A DNA stretch of 64,000 nucleotides, from contig CDPCPM010000465.1 of the NCBI GenBank assembly GCA_976551045.1, positions 2,480,001-2,544,000 of the forward strand, in the 5' to 3' direction. A program made the position numbers and the translations under genes. Under the pieces are notes generated by a model. That model saw nothing but the letters and a program-made list of their open reading frames with translations, did not search any database and was not told where the DNA came from. This document shows, in pieces, positions 13,381 through 26,234 of the stretch. The stretch's first letter is position 1. Each line of letters begins with the position of its first letter. Origin of the DNA: Glaucostegus cemiculus. Taxonomy: Eukaryota.

Positions 13381-14241
13381 CGATTTGGGCAACTGACTTC
13401 AAGGTGCTCAGAACAACTGAATGGTATATGCCCCAGCATTAATGTTACTCCACAACCTTTTAATTCAGATTCTTCAGAATTATCCCTGTCTTAATAATAT
13501 AATAAATTACCACAATTAACTATTTCTTCCTTAAATTCATCTACTGATAGTTCCAAGTTAACAGTATCCATGTTCTCCTTAATCCCACCCAGCTCAGTCC
13601 TTAAATCTACAAACCACTCAGACAAATTTCTGATGCTTATGTTAATTTTGTGCAGCTACAGAACCCCCCACCACCCCCACTTCACATTTTCCTATTCAAA
13701 CCAGTGTTCTCGAGACGTTAAAGAGTCACTTTATGATCAAAGCTGTATTAGTCCGCCATACACAGGCTAATGTAAGACCAACACCAGAAGAGCCCCTTTA
13801 ACTTTCCTTGTAAATTTGTATTTAATCCTCAAGTGCACCAGGAGAGACATGTGCATAAATGTAGTAAGTGTGGTGTCCACCAAACAGTGCAGCATCTCAT
13901 TGGAAAGCTGTAGCTGTTACCCAGATAGAATAAGTGGAATCAACACATTGGTGAAACAGTAAGCCATGGCTCATAGGTTAGAGCTGCATAATTCTAGACT
14001 AGTGTTCAATCCTCTGGAGATATCCCCACTTCCACTGTATATATAAATAAGTGTGATTTAATTGATCATATGTGTATTTTTGTGTGCACTTGCAAAATCT
14101 GAGAAAAGCCTCAAATAAACCAGGCACAGAGCTCTTTGCATTATCCGTACATTACTGTGTTACTCTGAAGTAACTTCGCTATAAACTAAGAAACCACAAG
14201 GACAGAGAATTACACGTAAAACAACTGAGTAATAGTTAAAT

Positions 14242-14311
14242 AAAATCTGGAGTTAAAATATCTTTCAGTGAAAAAATCTGGAGTTAAAATATCTTTCAGT
14301 GAAAAAATCTG
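14242..14311. repeat. Perfect 31-bp tandem duplication (about 2.25 copies)
   Basis: Unit aaaatctggagttaaaatatctttcagtgaa at 14242 and 14273, partial third copy at 14304. Confidence 0.95.
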
Positions 14312-14459
14312 TCACCATTATTCCAGACCAACAAGATGGTTCACTCTTCATCACACTGAGCTCAGCTGGGATTAGAAATTGGCAACAAATTCTGACCTAG
14401 CCAATAAAACCTACATCTTGTGAATGAATAACTGAAAACCAATTGGAAGGTTGTATCCA

Positions 14460-14690
14460 AGCCCAGATAATGAAAGGCCAATCATCTGTTTTTAGTGATG
14501 TCAGTTGGATGATAAATATTGGCAATGATATTGAGTGAGATGGAAGAGTTGTGGGAAGGAACTCTTCGGCCCTTCAGATAGTTATTTTACGATCTTTAGT
14601 TCACCTGACTGGGCAGATGGGACCTTGGTTTAACTTAACTTCCAAAAGACAGCAACTCCAGTATTACATGCTATACTGGAGCATCAGCTT
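14460..14690 (-). mobile_element. Deu-domain SINE, decayed
   Basis: 'atctgtttttagtgatgtcagttggatgataaatattggc...gggaccttggtttaac...ccaaaagacagcaactcc'. Confidence 0.6.
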
Positions 14691-16629
14691 CTGTCAAATT
14701 TATGGCTAATCATGACGATGGTGCTGAACAAGCATTGTGACAAGTTGTTAAACTGAATTCAATAAATCTCAGAATTTACAACTAGTACCAGCTGAATGAC
14801 CTTGAAAAATACCAGATTATCGTAAACCAGTGCACTGGTACCTATTCCAGCTCACGTTCTCAATCCAGTGAAAACATTATGATCGAACTAATCAGGAACT
14901 CTGTATCTTTAGTTGAACCCTCAACATTAGTTTCAGCATTTAACTAATGCATTTGACAATGTCTGCTCTGCTTATGACCGAGTCAAAGAAATCCCCAATC
15001 TGGATACTCTTGTCATAGCTACTGTAGCCTTCACATAGCATGTATGTATAAATGCTTTCTTTATATTATTTTCCAGCCAATTCCATTCAAGTGACCAGGT
15101 TGAATCTATCTTTCTGATCTACAAAATGGAAAATGTGATGCAATACTCTATCAGATGAGTTATTTTAAGATGTCTTGTGTGACCTGCAATTTAATGTTTG
15201 ACACTTCACTTCTTAAATTGTCTTCAATTTGTCCTTTTCTATGATACTTTATTTAAAACTGAATAAGTAGTTGGGCCATTAACACAGATAATTTTACTAT
15301 CTGTCTCTACATACAAATAAGGATCGGTATCCTGTGGAATGATTGATTATATATAAATATACTTTAAGAAGTCTAAAACTGAATTATTTGTTACAATGTT
15401 CTTCCTTTATGAACTTTGTCTTTCCTCTGTATTTATGTTTACAACTGAGAACAATATTTCTTCTCAAAGTCATGAACAATCTTGGGCATTATAATTTCTA
15501 CATGGCTATCAAAACAAAGGTTCGTTTCTTTAATCAATGTCATCTTGTAGTGAAAAATACTGTATCAGTTTTGCAGTACACTGACAGATTGGTTTGCCTC
15601 GTTCTAGTTAAAAAGTCACTTTAAATGTGGGGCTTTGGGAAAAGTGTGAGGTAGGTAACCTTCATGGAGTGGATACAAAGACACATCCTAATGTCGGCAT
15701 TAAGTAAATTCGATCAAAACATTCCACATTCTGAAATCATCATTAATCCTCCATTCACTTGGAAAGGGTATTTAAGAAGATCATGAAGTGACAAGTTGTG
15801 AACCAAAAATTAACATCTGATAAGCTAGTGGATGGTGATGCCTACTGTCAAATTTACTCATTTCAGATAATACAAGAGTTGACTAAAGTGGTATAAAAAT
15901 ATCTCTTTTCAAGTGTGCAATCAAACTTCTGAGTAGCATGTTCCCACTTGAGGGACAATTATTGTGAGTGGATTAGAACGCCAAAAAGACCTGATGGGAT
16001 GGGCAATTATATTCTTAGAATTTTGAATCTGCAATGTTTGCAAATTGAATCTGGTAAATTGAGAAAGATTTAAATTCGTTAATGATTCATTGCATTTAAA
16101 TTATCTGCATTGGGGCAAAATGACAGTAAGTTTGATTTTTTTTCTATCCATTTGGGGTAACTAATTGGAAGAAGAATAAATGTATGACTCATATTTTCTG
16201 TATGAGGTCACAGAAACTTAACTGAAAGTAATATAGTTTACAAACTTTCGATTATCGTATCCAGTGCCTCAGTGACTGTTGTACTTGATCAGGCAATTAC
16301 AGGCTTTATTACTCATGGAAGAAGAGACGCATCACAACAAAGACAGGTGGATGTGGATGGTCAGGTAGTATCCATACATGCTCCAGAACAGCAATTGGTT
16401 CCAATTACACTTCTATAACCTATAATGAGGCATAATTTCTCAAGGTGCTTCACAGGAAGGTTTGTCAAACACTGATAATCATCCCCATGTAGAGATACTC
16501 AGACTAGTGAAGAAGTACTTGGTCTAAGAGGTAGGTTTTAAAGTCTGTCTTGAAGGAGGAGATGGAGATAGATGCAGGGAGTTTAGGGAAAGAGGTCTAA
16601 TAGACTCCTAATTTACATTGGAGACTCAG

Positions 16630-16819
16630 CAGACTGCAGATGCTGGAATCTGGAGCAACACACAGAGCACTGGAGAGAATCAGCAGATCAGGCAGCAGCT
16701 ATGGACGGAAATGTGCAGTCAACGTTTCAGGTTAAGGCCCCCAAAACATTGACTTTCCATTGCCCTCCATAGATGCGGCCTTATCTGCTGAGTTCCTCCA
16801 GTGCTTTATGTTTTGCTCC
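16630..16819. mobile_element. Fold-back (hairpin) element made of two inverted PLE terminal-repeat halves
   Basis: Arm 16652-16727 is the imperfect reverse complement of arm 16744-16819, with a short loop. Confidence 0.85.
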
Positions 16820-17189
16820 TATTCTACATTGCACCATATTTAATTGTAACAGAGAGAAAGAAGTCAGGAGTACTCAAGGGTCCAGAACCAAAGAAGAACA
16901 GAGATATCAAAGACCTGGAGAAGTTTGTAGAGAAAAAGAGGGATTAAAAAACAAGGATAGACATTTTTACATTAAGACTTTGTTGGTTTAGGAACCAAAG
17001 TAAGTAACTAAGCACAGGAGTGAGGGTTTGTCACAGTTCAGGAGTTTCAAATGAGCTCCACTCTTCAAGGACACAATGTGGGTAACCAGCCAGGAGACCA
17101 TTTGAAGAGTCAGTCCGATGTTCCAAAAGAATGGGTGAGGATAAACCATTATACACTGTCCCTTATCTTGTTTTATTCCGAAGTAGCAG

Positions 17190-17745
17190 ACTGGCACAGC
17201 ACTAACCCTAACCTCAGCTATTGTCTGTGTGGAGCTTGCACATTCTTTGTGTGACTTGTAGGTTTCCTCCCACATTGCAAGGACATGTGGATTGGGATTG
17301 GAATTGGAATTGGAATTGGTTTATTATTGTCACGTGCCTTGCATACCATTTGTACACATCAATTCATTACACAGTGCATTGGGTAGTACAAAGTAAAACA
17401 ATATAGAAGGCAGGGTAAATGTTACAGCTACAGAGAAAGTTCAATGCAGGTAAACAATAAGATGCAAGGTCATAACGAGAGAGATTGTGAGTTCAAGAGT
17501 CCGTCTTATCATACTAGGAAACCGTTCTTATAAAAGCAGAATAAAAGCTGTCCTTGAGACTGGTGGTAAATGGCCAATGTAAATTGCCCCCAAAGTGTGT
17601 CGGTGAGTGGTAGAATCTGGGGTGATGAAAATGTGGCGAGAATAAAATAGCATTAGTGCAGGATTGTTGTAAATAGGTGCTTGATGGTTGGTATGGACTG
17701 AATGGGCCAAAGGACCTATTCCATGGTGTCTGACTCTATGACTCT
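17190..17745 (+). mobile_element. V-SINE split by a minus-strand Rex/Babar 3' fragment (about 17292-17567)
   Basis: V-domain 'tgtgtggagcttgcacattct...ggtttcctcccaca' resumes at 'tggccaatgtaaattgcccc'; the insert carries a (ttggaa)n tail and tttatt. Confidence 0.7.
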
Positions 17746-17858
17746 GAGGGTTGAGATTGTTCTGTCTCAGCTGATTACCCTGCAAAAGATTCATAACTCA
17801 ATGTAAAGTAGGTTTCATTTTCTTATATTTTATCTTGCATTTACTGCTCTAAATTCTA

Positions 17859-18107
17859 CACCACGATAGCGTAGCGGTTAGCGCGATGCTGTTACAGCGC
17901 CAGCAATTGGGGTTCAATTCCCATCACTGTCTGTAAGGAGTTTGTACGTTCTCCTGTGTCTGCGTGGGTTTCCTCCAGGTGCTCCGGTTTCCTCCCACAT
18001 TCTTAAAAGACGTACGGGTAGGTTAATTTGGGGGTTGAAAATGGGTGGCGCGGACTCATTGGGCTGAAAGGGCCTGTTACCACGCTGTAAAATAAATTAA
18101 ATTAAAT
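17859..18107 (+). mobile_element. Full-length tRNA-derived V-SINE (HE1-like)
   Basis: A-box 'tagcgtagcggtta', B-box 'ggttcaattccc', V-domain 'ggagtttgtacgttctcc...tgcgtgggtttcctccaggtgctccggtttcctcccaca' and an A/T-rich tail. Confidence 0.88.
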
Positions 18108-21100
18108 CTCAACTGAAAATATTCTCCTTCCATCTACGTTGCAACATACTTCCATGGTTGATAAATCCTATCCTATCAATTCTGCATTGTTCTGACATAA
18201 AAATAGCCAACACCTTGTCTTCCTCCCTGTTTGTCATATCCATCAGCATCATAGTGAATTTGTTTTGTAAACTACCCAGTGCAATATCTTAGCCATAGTG
18301 TGAAGGCCATTATACTGAGGCCTTATGGTTTCATATGCTCAGAGTCACTCCTTGTGTATATACAGTATATTTCTTTCCTTCTGTGGTGTGTGAATGCAGC
18401 ATAAAAGTGTAAAGTCCTGATGATACACCTACACCCCTTCTTCTCTATGTTTGTAGAAAGGTACCAAGGGAGTGTTGAGTCTTTCCAGTGTTTGCTGTTT
18501 TTTTTAAATGTTTCTGTCATGACTGGTGATTGCAGAGAACCCAGGGATAGATCATGATCCATCTGCAGTTTGTGCTTCATTCCAGTCTAATCCAGATTCA
18601 GCATGTGGAGCCAAGTGAAGGATTGGAAGGTCATCTTGATCCACTTGAGTTTGACACCACATGCAGTGTAAATCCAGGGTGGTTTGTAAAGGGCTGAAGA
18701 GGCAGATCCTTGGTCTGACCTTAACTGCAATACTTAGAGAATGAGTATTCTTGCCTCCTCTCCCCATTCTCAGGGATGCAGTCACATTACATCTGACATT
18801 GGTTTTGCTTTCAGTCACATGGAGCAGTTACGATGCAGAGGCTACTTTATTCCAACATCCAGGACTCCAGGAAAGTGTCACCACATGGATAAAAATTCTC
18901 ACTCAACTTCACTGGCACCATATAGAGGTTGGCATCTGACTGACATCAGATGACTTTAGCACCTATGTCAAACCAAAATGGCTTCCTACTTATACTGTAG
19001 ATGCACCAGTCTCTTTTTATCTTTGGGAGCCTGCTCTATCTGAGCCAGTATCTAGACTTACACAAAGCTCTCTCTAAAACAAGCCAGTTATGGTTCCAGC
19101 AGGGACAGCTGTGTAAACAGAACTTGTCCTGGCTAGAAACTGAACTGCAACCCATGGTCTCAGATCAATAGCTGGAGAGTAAATGCATGTAGTGACCATC
19201 AACTTTACTGCATAAATCTAAACATCACACACCTTGAGCAAACTGGACATCAAATGTGTCCTCCTTTCCTCCTATTTACAGAAACCAAAGAGCACATGTT
19301 TAGCAAGAAGTTTGGATTAAAATACAAGAAATATATAACCACAGTGCAATATTGCCTTGAAACACTTAAATGTTTAAGTATTAGGAATAAACAGAGGCAA
19401 TCAAAAAGCCTGGACTGTTAAACAAATGCTTGCAAATATTGAAAATGTTTATGGGTCTCCACCCTCTATCAAGTATATAAATAAATTCACTGAGTGTGTT
19501 TGCTTTCAACCAAATATGAAATGACAGTAGCTTTCTCAATCCAATAGTTCAGCACAAAAGTTCTCGGTCTATCCAGCTTTGTATCACGTCCAGTCCCTTT
19601 TACTTCTGCATTTGGAGTTGTTGATTCATTAACTACCTGAGCCCAACTTCATATCATTACATGAACACTGCAAAACATCAAAGTAATGGGCACTGGCTAC
19701 ATGCTTCATTAATTTATTTTGTTTTGCATCATTAATTAATTTTATTATTATTATGAATTCTGTTGTGTTTTGTCCTGCTTGGAAAGATTAGAAGTTAATT
19801 GATCAACACGGAATTTTGTTCTGACCCTTAAACTGCAAACCTAAAGTTCAGTCAGACTCCCCATGAACCTCAGAACTACAAGAAACAGATTATTGAGACA
19901 ACTTAATCGATTCTGAAATTGCAAGGAATTACATAGAATTTGCAGCACAGAAACAGGCCATTCAGCCCAGGATTTCATTCTATTTTCTTCATCTCACCTT
20001 ACCAACATATCCTTTTCTCTCATACTTTTCCTGCTTCCCTTGAATGTACTTAAGCTACTCGCTTCTCGTGGAACAGAAGGAAAACATTTATATTTATGTT
20101 GAAACTTTCGCCATCTCTTTACAGCATTGCTCCATTTTGCTCTTTCTGTAGTTTACACAATCAGGCTTTTCAGATAACCCATGGTCAGCCGACAAATAGT
20201 AGCTGGTTGGAATCCAGAAGGTCATATTGTGAGACAGGCCCTTGTTGGCTTTTAGATGGAACAATTCTAAACTAATCCAACTGTCCTGTTCTCCCTTCAC
20301 AGCCTGATAGCTTCCTCTCCTTCACATAGCTCTGCAGTTCTCTTCTCAAATGCAATAATCTCTGCCTAAACCATTCCCAGCAACAAAACTCCTTATGACA
20401 CACAGGAATAGTGGTGGCTTATTCAGCCTCTTGAGCCTCCACAGCTGCTTAATACCATCAGGTCCACTCTCCTGTTTGGTCCCCACACTCCTTCATTACC
20501 TCAATGTCCAAAGAAAAGCATTGATCAAACTCCGTCTTGAATTTATTTATTAAAGGAGGATCGATAGCCCTCTTGGATAGAGAATTCCAACAATTTACAA
20601 CCAGCCTGAGTTTGGGATTTTTCTTCATCGCAATCCTAAATGCACGACCTCTTATCGTGAGACTTTGAATTAGATTCTGCAGATGAAGAAAATAACATTT
20701 TCATAAGAACGCTTTATGTTTTTATTGAAAGATCTCATTCTTCTAAACTCTGAAAATGTAGATCCATTCTACTCATTCTATATCATATGCCAAACCCCTC
20801 ATTGCAGGTATTAATCTACTAACCCATTCTAAGGCAGAGACCAAACATCTTCCATGGTCCAGTAATAAACTAGGTAAAGAAATAAAAACTGAAAATAGTT
20901 TCTGTCACCAGGCCAGATTGCTAGACTTACACTAAAGCACTTAGCTATAAACAATATTATTCTTCAGTTCTGAGTCATGCCAGCACTCTTGAAACAATCC
21001 CAGCTCAAATTATTTTGTGCCAATAATTTCTGCATGGAGGGAGGAGCATTCATCCACTGACCCCCCTGGATAGAAAGAGCACTTGTTTTAACAGCAGCCA

Positions 21101-22204
21101 ACAAAAATAATTATTCCATTTGATGTTGCAACAATACTTCATTTAGACGTTACTCAACAGCAAACAGCATGGGCATACCACATTAAAAGGTTCTATGAAT
21201 TAAAAGCTATGGTTACAAAAATAACTCATCCAACATGTTATTCTATTGAAAATAAACTCTGATACAACCTACAACTGGTCAGTTTGCTTCTGAACTTGAT
21301 CATACAGAGCCTGGCCTGAACAATTCTTCAGATAGCTGATGGAAGTTTAATTTCATTCTACACCCTATGGACAATGAATTAACTAAATAATACAAAGTTT
21401 AAACTTAGTTAATTATTATGAGAGAACAAGAATATTTTTACAAGCTGGAACTACAGAGGTGGAATATCAAATCAGTCTGTAAATTTCACTTGCTCTGCCT
21501 TCTTTGTTTTCTGTGGCCTTTTGCTCCAGGTGTGTGCATTGCTAAAGAGAAATACTTCTCTAAAATCCAGCTCTTTCTTTAGAACTTCTCACATTGCAAT
21601 TGGACTGCATTTCTTACTCAGTTATTATGAATAGGAAATAAAACATTGTGGAATTTGATACAATTCTTTCAAAGGTATTGGGGGGGGGGGCGGTTTGGAA
21701 CCAAAGCAGGTTATGCAGATTTCATATCCTCAAACCAAAAGTGTGAATAATTGAACGGATAATGCAAAATATGAGATTTAGTAGTGCATTTGTAAATTAA
21801 TGCTTCAAATTTAATCATGGATTGCATTAGTGTTAAGGACAATGTAAATAAATCAAGACTGTAATATGTATGCAGGCTACAGTAGGCAGATACATTCTAC
21901 TTACTATATAAGAGTTTGAGTTATGAAGTAGAATAACATAATGTCCTAATTTCAATCAGATTGTTGCTACCTGTCAAAAAAAAATTATTGGATCTGATAA
22001 AGCTATTCAAATTTGATAATAAGAAATGCAATTTGGTATTTGGTGGGTGAGTTTCAATTGAACTTTTCAATTTAAGATGAATCCAGAATAATGAAAAAGA
22101 TTTTATTTTTAACCAGTGGTGACATTAGAATACAGATGTCTCCATGGAAGCAAAATCCAAAGCAGTCTTAGAAAGAGGAAGGAATAGTTTACTTCAAAGT
22201 ATAT

Positions 22205-22890
22205 AGTGCAGAGGAAGTGGTTGAGGCAGGTACAACAAGAACACTTAAAAGATATTTGGACATGGATAGGAAAGACTTAGAGGAATATGGGTCAAACATG
22301 GGCAAGAGGGATTAGTTTCGATGGGCATCTTGGTCAGCATGGACAAGTTGGGCCGAAGGGCCTGTTTCTGTGCTCTATGGCTCTATGACACTGCTATTCA
22401 GAAAGGGCAGAGAATGGAACAAAGTAAGCTGATTTATTGAGCACAAGCATGAAACAGATGCACAAAAACTTTTGAAGGTTAGAATATTAGAATGCTGCAT
22501 CTAGTTCTGGGGGGCACAAGATGGGAAAGGTATCAAGATTTTGGAGAGAATAAAGAGGAGGTGTACTAGAATGGCACAGTTTGCTTCAACTAAACGAATG
22601 GCTTGAATTACATGCAGGGACTTCAGTAAGAGACCTGATGCCACAGGCGGAGAAGGTTTGATAGGTTCAAAACTATGAAAGGTTTAGATACAACAGGCGT
22701 TTCCAGTGATGAAAAGCTTGGCACTCACAACACCCAGACTTAAAGCAATTAGCAAAAGAACTAACAGGTGGCATCAAGGAAAGAAAATGTATTCAAGGAA
22801 TTATTGCAACCTGAAATCTTCTCCCTGAAGCAGATTCACTAGTAACTCCCTGATAGGCTGAATGGGTGCCTTTGGAATGGTACTATTCTG
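22205..22890 (+). mobile_element. Two CR1 3' fragments
   Basis: 'gaggaagtggttgaggcagg...ttgggccgaagggcctgtttctgtgctctatggctctatg', then a more decayed ORF2-like stretch from about 22470. Confidence 0.7.
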
Positions 22891-22999
22891 TGAGAAGATT
22901 TCCTCTTACACTGCAAGGTGCAATTTTTGAAGACTGTCATAAAAGCTATGTAATGATTTGGACTCATAATTAAATGGTTTAAGTTATTTTAGCACTCAC

Positions 23000-24055
23000 A
23001 TTAAAATGGAGTGTCATTTTTCAAATGAGACGTTAAAACTAGTCAAACCGGTTGTTGAAGATCTCATAAAGCCACTTCAGAGAAGAGCAGGGAAGTTCTC
23101 CCAGATCAACATTGGTTCAACCAACTTCACTAAAAGAGATAACAGCAGAGAATACTGGAAATACTAAGACAGGTTATGTGGAGAGATAAGCAGTTCGTCA
23201 GAACCAAGAAAAGTTAAAAAATAAATATGTTTCCAGATGCGGGGGTAGGAGAAGGGCGTTGAGATCAAAAGAAATGTGTGTGATAGGGTGGAAACCAAGA
23301 GAGAATGAATGATAGAAGAGGTGCCGCCTGAGAGCTCTGCTGATCATTCTGGGGAGATGTAAATAGAAGATAAACAAAAACAGAGATTGAGAGAATCAAA
23401 GACAGCATTAGAAGAGTGGAATACTGTCCTGGACCACTGACATACTGTTACATATCACTTTAACTCTCCATCCTACTCCCATTCTGACCTCTTTGGCCTC
23501 TTACACTATTCCAGCAAAACCCAATACATTCATAAAAAACAACATTTAATCTCCTAAAGTGCCATTTTACACAAGAACATAGAGCAGGAGTCAGCTGTAT
23601 GTCCTACAGTGCTTTGGGCATAACAATGAATTCAACAGTTTCAGATCGCCAGTCTTTTCAGTTTGGATCAGAGTTGGGCATTTCAACTTGTAATATGTAC
23701 TTTCGTTTTTCTCTCCTCACAGATACTGCCTGATTCTTAAAATTTTTTTTCAATTTTATTTACAGCGTGGTAACAGGCCCTTTTGGCCCAACAAGTCCAC
23801 GCTGCCCATTTTAAACCCCCAAATTAACCTATTCATACGTCTTTTACAAGGTGGGAGGAAACTAGAGCACCCGGAGGAAACCCACGCAGACACGGGAGAA
23901 CGTATAAACTCCTTACAGACAGCGACGGGAATCGAACCCCGATCGCTGGCGCTGTAACAGCGTCGCGCTAACCGCTACACTATCGTGCCTCCCTGAATAT
24001 TCCCAGCATCTTCTGTTTTAATTACAGTTTTGCAGCATCTGCAGGTTTTTTTCTG
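23000..24055. mobile_element. Nested repeat cluster: Deu-SINE piece, inverted PLE arms with a decayed GIY-YIG remnant, and an inserted V-SINE
   Basis: Deu core at 23000-23140; antisense PLE arm at about 23145-23330; sense remnant 'catatcactttaactctccatcctactcccattctgacc' (HFNSPS-like) at about 23450; PLE tail at 23700-24055 interrupted by the SINE. Confidence 0.65.
23740..23990 (-). mobile_element. Full-length young V-SINE, same subfamily as 17859-18107
   Basis: High similarity to the reverse complement of 17859-18107, with an intact B-box 'ggttcgattccc' and CpGs retained. Confidence 0.88.
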
Positions 24056-25245
24056 CATTTCAAATATTTGTAGCAGTTGCTGAAATTATTTCAAAAGTCA
24101 CTAAATGACTTTGGGGCACATGAAAGTCTCCATAGGTCTTTCTTGTGTTTTTGCTTGCTAAAGCCACAAAACCGAACATTATTTTGTTTAACCTTTGTTT
24201 GCACCAGTGCGATTTTAACACAAAACCAACCATGAGCACATGTTGTGATAAAGCCACAAATGAACACAGAGCTGAGAAAAACCATCCAGTTCAATCTCCT
24301 CGCACCACGACAGCTAATAAATGAAGTAGCTGAATTAACCAGATTTAATTTTGACTCTTTTCTGCCGTACCAGATTATTCCAAACATTTGTCACTCTTTG
24401 GTAAAGCAATTATTTTTCCTGGTTTCTGTTCTAAATATACTTTCCATTTGTTTCCACTTACATCCCCCAGGTTAATAAATTATCTGACAGTATTAAAGAT
24501 TGTTTAAGTAATCTGCCTGTTGTAACTAAACACAGAAATTAGTTAGGTCGAGCTGCAATGGTAATGTGTGGCATGGTGTGAATTTCCTTGGATAATAAGT
24601 CAGTACTAGAATGGAACAGATAAGTGGCTGCTGTAATACCTTGTCAGGCACAGGTTAGTCCACATTACTCAAACAGAAGACTGTCATTTACCAATCCATG
24701 TCTACATTCTGATAATCTCTGAAAATGTTTCTTGACTGTTTTACTACTGTATTAAAAGGGTGACAGTGAACATTTGTGTCAAATCCATTTTGTGTTGATG
24801 TTAGAACTAAACACCAGACTTGTATATTACTGAAGTGTTTGCAGCAAAAATGTATTAACCCTTTGCAGTCTCTTTAAAGCAGATTTTTGTTTAAATGGAC
24901 CTGTCTTTTGGATTGGGGAGGGCTAAATTGAAGATTAAGAGGGGAACCTGATATGGGTCTTTAAAACTGTGTTCAGTGGATATAGAAGAACTAATTCCAT
25001 GTGCATGAGACCAGAACAAAGGACGGTTATTTAATAATGATTGTAACCAGCAGAACAATTACACAAGTTGGGAGAAAATCCCTGAGTGTTGAACTCGTCA
25101 AATGGAGTGTCTCGTTTAAAGGAAGGCCCCACACGTAGCAGAAGAGTACAGAAGAACGGTGTGAAAGGAGGTGGTGTGGTGGATGTAAACTTCGGCAATC
25201 ACCACTTTGACCTGTTTCTGGACCGGGGTTATGTTATGTACTTAC

Positions 25246-25450
25246 CTGCGCGCAGGAATGACACGAGTTCTGAGATATCTAGGTCTTCTGGCATTGCTAC
25301 CTTGGTTTCAATTTAGATTGTAAAGGATTATTCGTTGTTTCCAATCGATTTGCAATCAGTTTCGATTGTTTATTTGATTTCTTGAGCGCGAAATATCCAA
25401 AGTCTTAGCTGTTGGTATTCACATCATTAATTCGTCAAGTGTGAAAATAA
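25246..25450 (-). other. Putative internal exon of an unidentified transcript
   Basis: Acceptor 'cccccttctctgatcgcctcag|' and a perfect donor 'cag|gtaagt'; 205 nt. Confidence 0.5.
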
Positions 25451-25763
25451 CTGAGGCGATCAGAGAAGGGGGCCACTATTTCGGAAATCGTAGAAAGTAC
25501 AGTACACCTTGCTTCGCGACTGAATTGGTTGAAGTAAGATTGTAGGGGGACATATAGCCAACTTTACTCAGATAAACACAAAGATTGACGACACAAATAT
25601 AACGTAATTTATTAAAAAGTACATCGGGTTAAACCCGTTTTCTAAGTTGTACTGGGCCGTCACTGAATATTTGCTAATGTTACAAGATGAAGCACTTATA
25701 ACTAGCTAGAATTCAAAAGTTGATCAAAATTGGATTATATTATAACAGTGTTATATATTCCAA

Positions 25764-25865
25764 GCAACACACAGAAAAAGTGCTGGAGGAACTCAGCAGG
25801 TCAGGCAGCATCTATGGAGAGAGATAAACAGTGGACGTTTCGGGCCGAGACCCTTCATCAGGACT
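25764..25865 (-). mobile_element. Solo PLE terminal-repeat unit (about 100 bp)
   Basis: Consensus-like 'tgctggaggaactcagcaggtcaggcagcatctatggaga'; flanked by attccaa at 25757-25763 and 25869-25875. Confidence 0.85.
25830..25865 (-). ncRNA. Minimal type I hammerhead ribozyme motif, PLE-associated
   Basis: Minus strand reads agtc-CTGATGA-a-gggt(ctcg)gccc-GAAA-CG-TC^-cact. Core, stem II and the palindromic ACGT that replaces stem III are intact; stem I has one mismatch. Confidence 0.75.
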
Positions 25866-26234
25866 TAAATTCCAATATAACTCATTTATCCCGAAGTGCT
25901 TAATTCAGAAAAATTCTGCCCACATTTTTATTTATTAGCTCTGTTTTGTTTGGAGCTTTGTTGTGTTACTTAATCTAAAAGCCTCGCTAATTATACTGAC
26001 TGCATCCTTCCATGTGTGTCGGGGGCTCCCTGTCAACAACGCTCTCCCAGCTTCAGTCTAAACCACTTCACAATGCATTGCCCTCAGGTGACAGTCCCCC
26101 ACGCCACGATCAGTGTAAACTCTGACAACAGTCCCCGGACAGAGAGGCGAACAAAGTCTCCTTGCCAGGACAATCTGAATGACTTTGAATTTCCCGACCA
26201 TCTGGGCCCAGTCCCACTCTGCTCAAGTACTTAC

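Noticed and set aside
14242-14311. CRISPR-like direct repeats
   Set aside because: No spacers, only about two adjacent copies, and a eukaryotic context.
14820-14860. 'RKPVHWY' resembling the ELOVL histidine-box region
   Set aside because: It lacks the HH of HxxHH and has no supporting exon context.
17859-17935. tRNA gene
   Set aside because: The A and B boxes belong to a SINE head that continues into a V-domain and tail.
18552-18724. Possible third exon of the unknown transcript, continuing MPEDL... in frame to a 73-aa peptide
   Set aside because: The acceptor is only moderate, the peptide resembles nothing I recognise, and many other acceptors lie in between.
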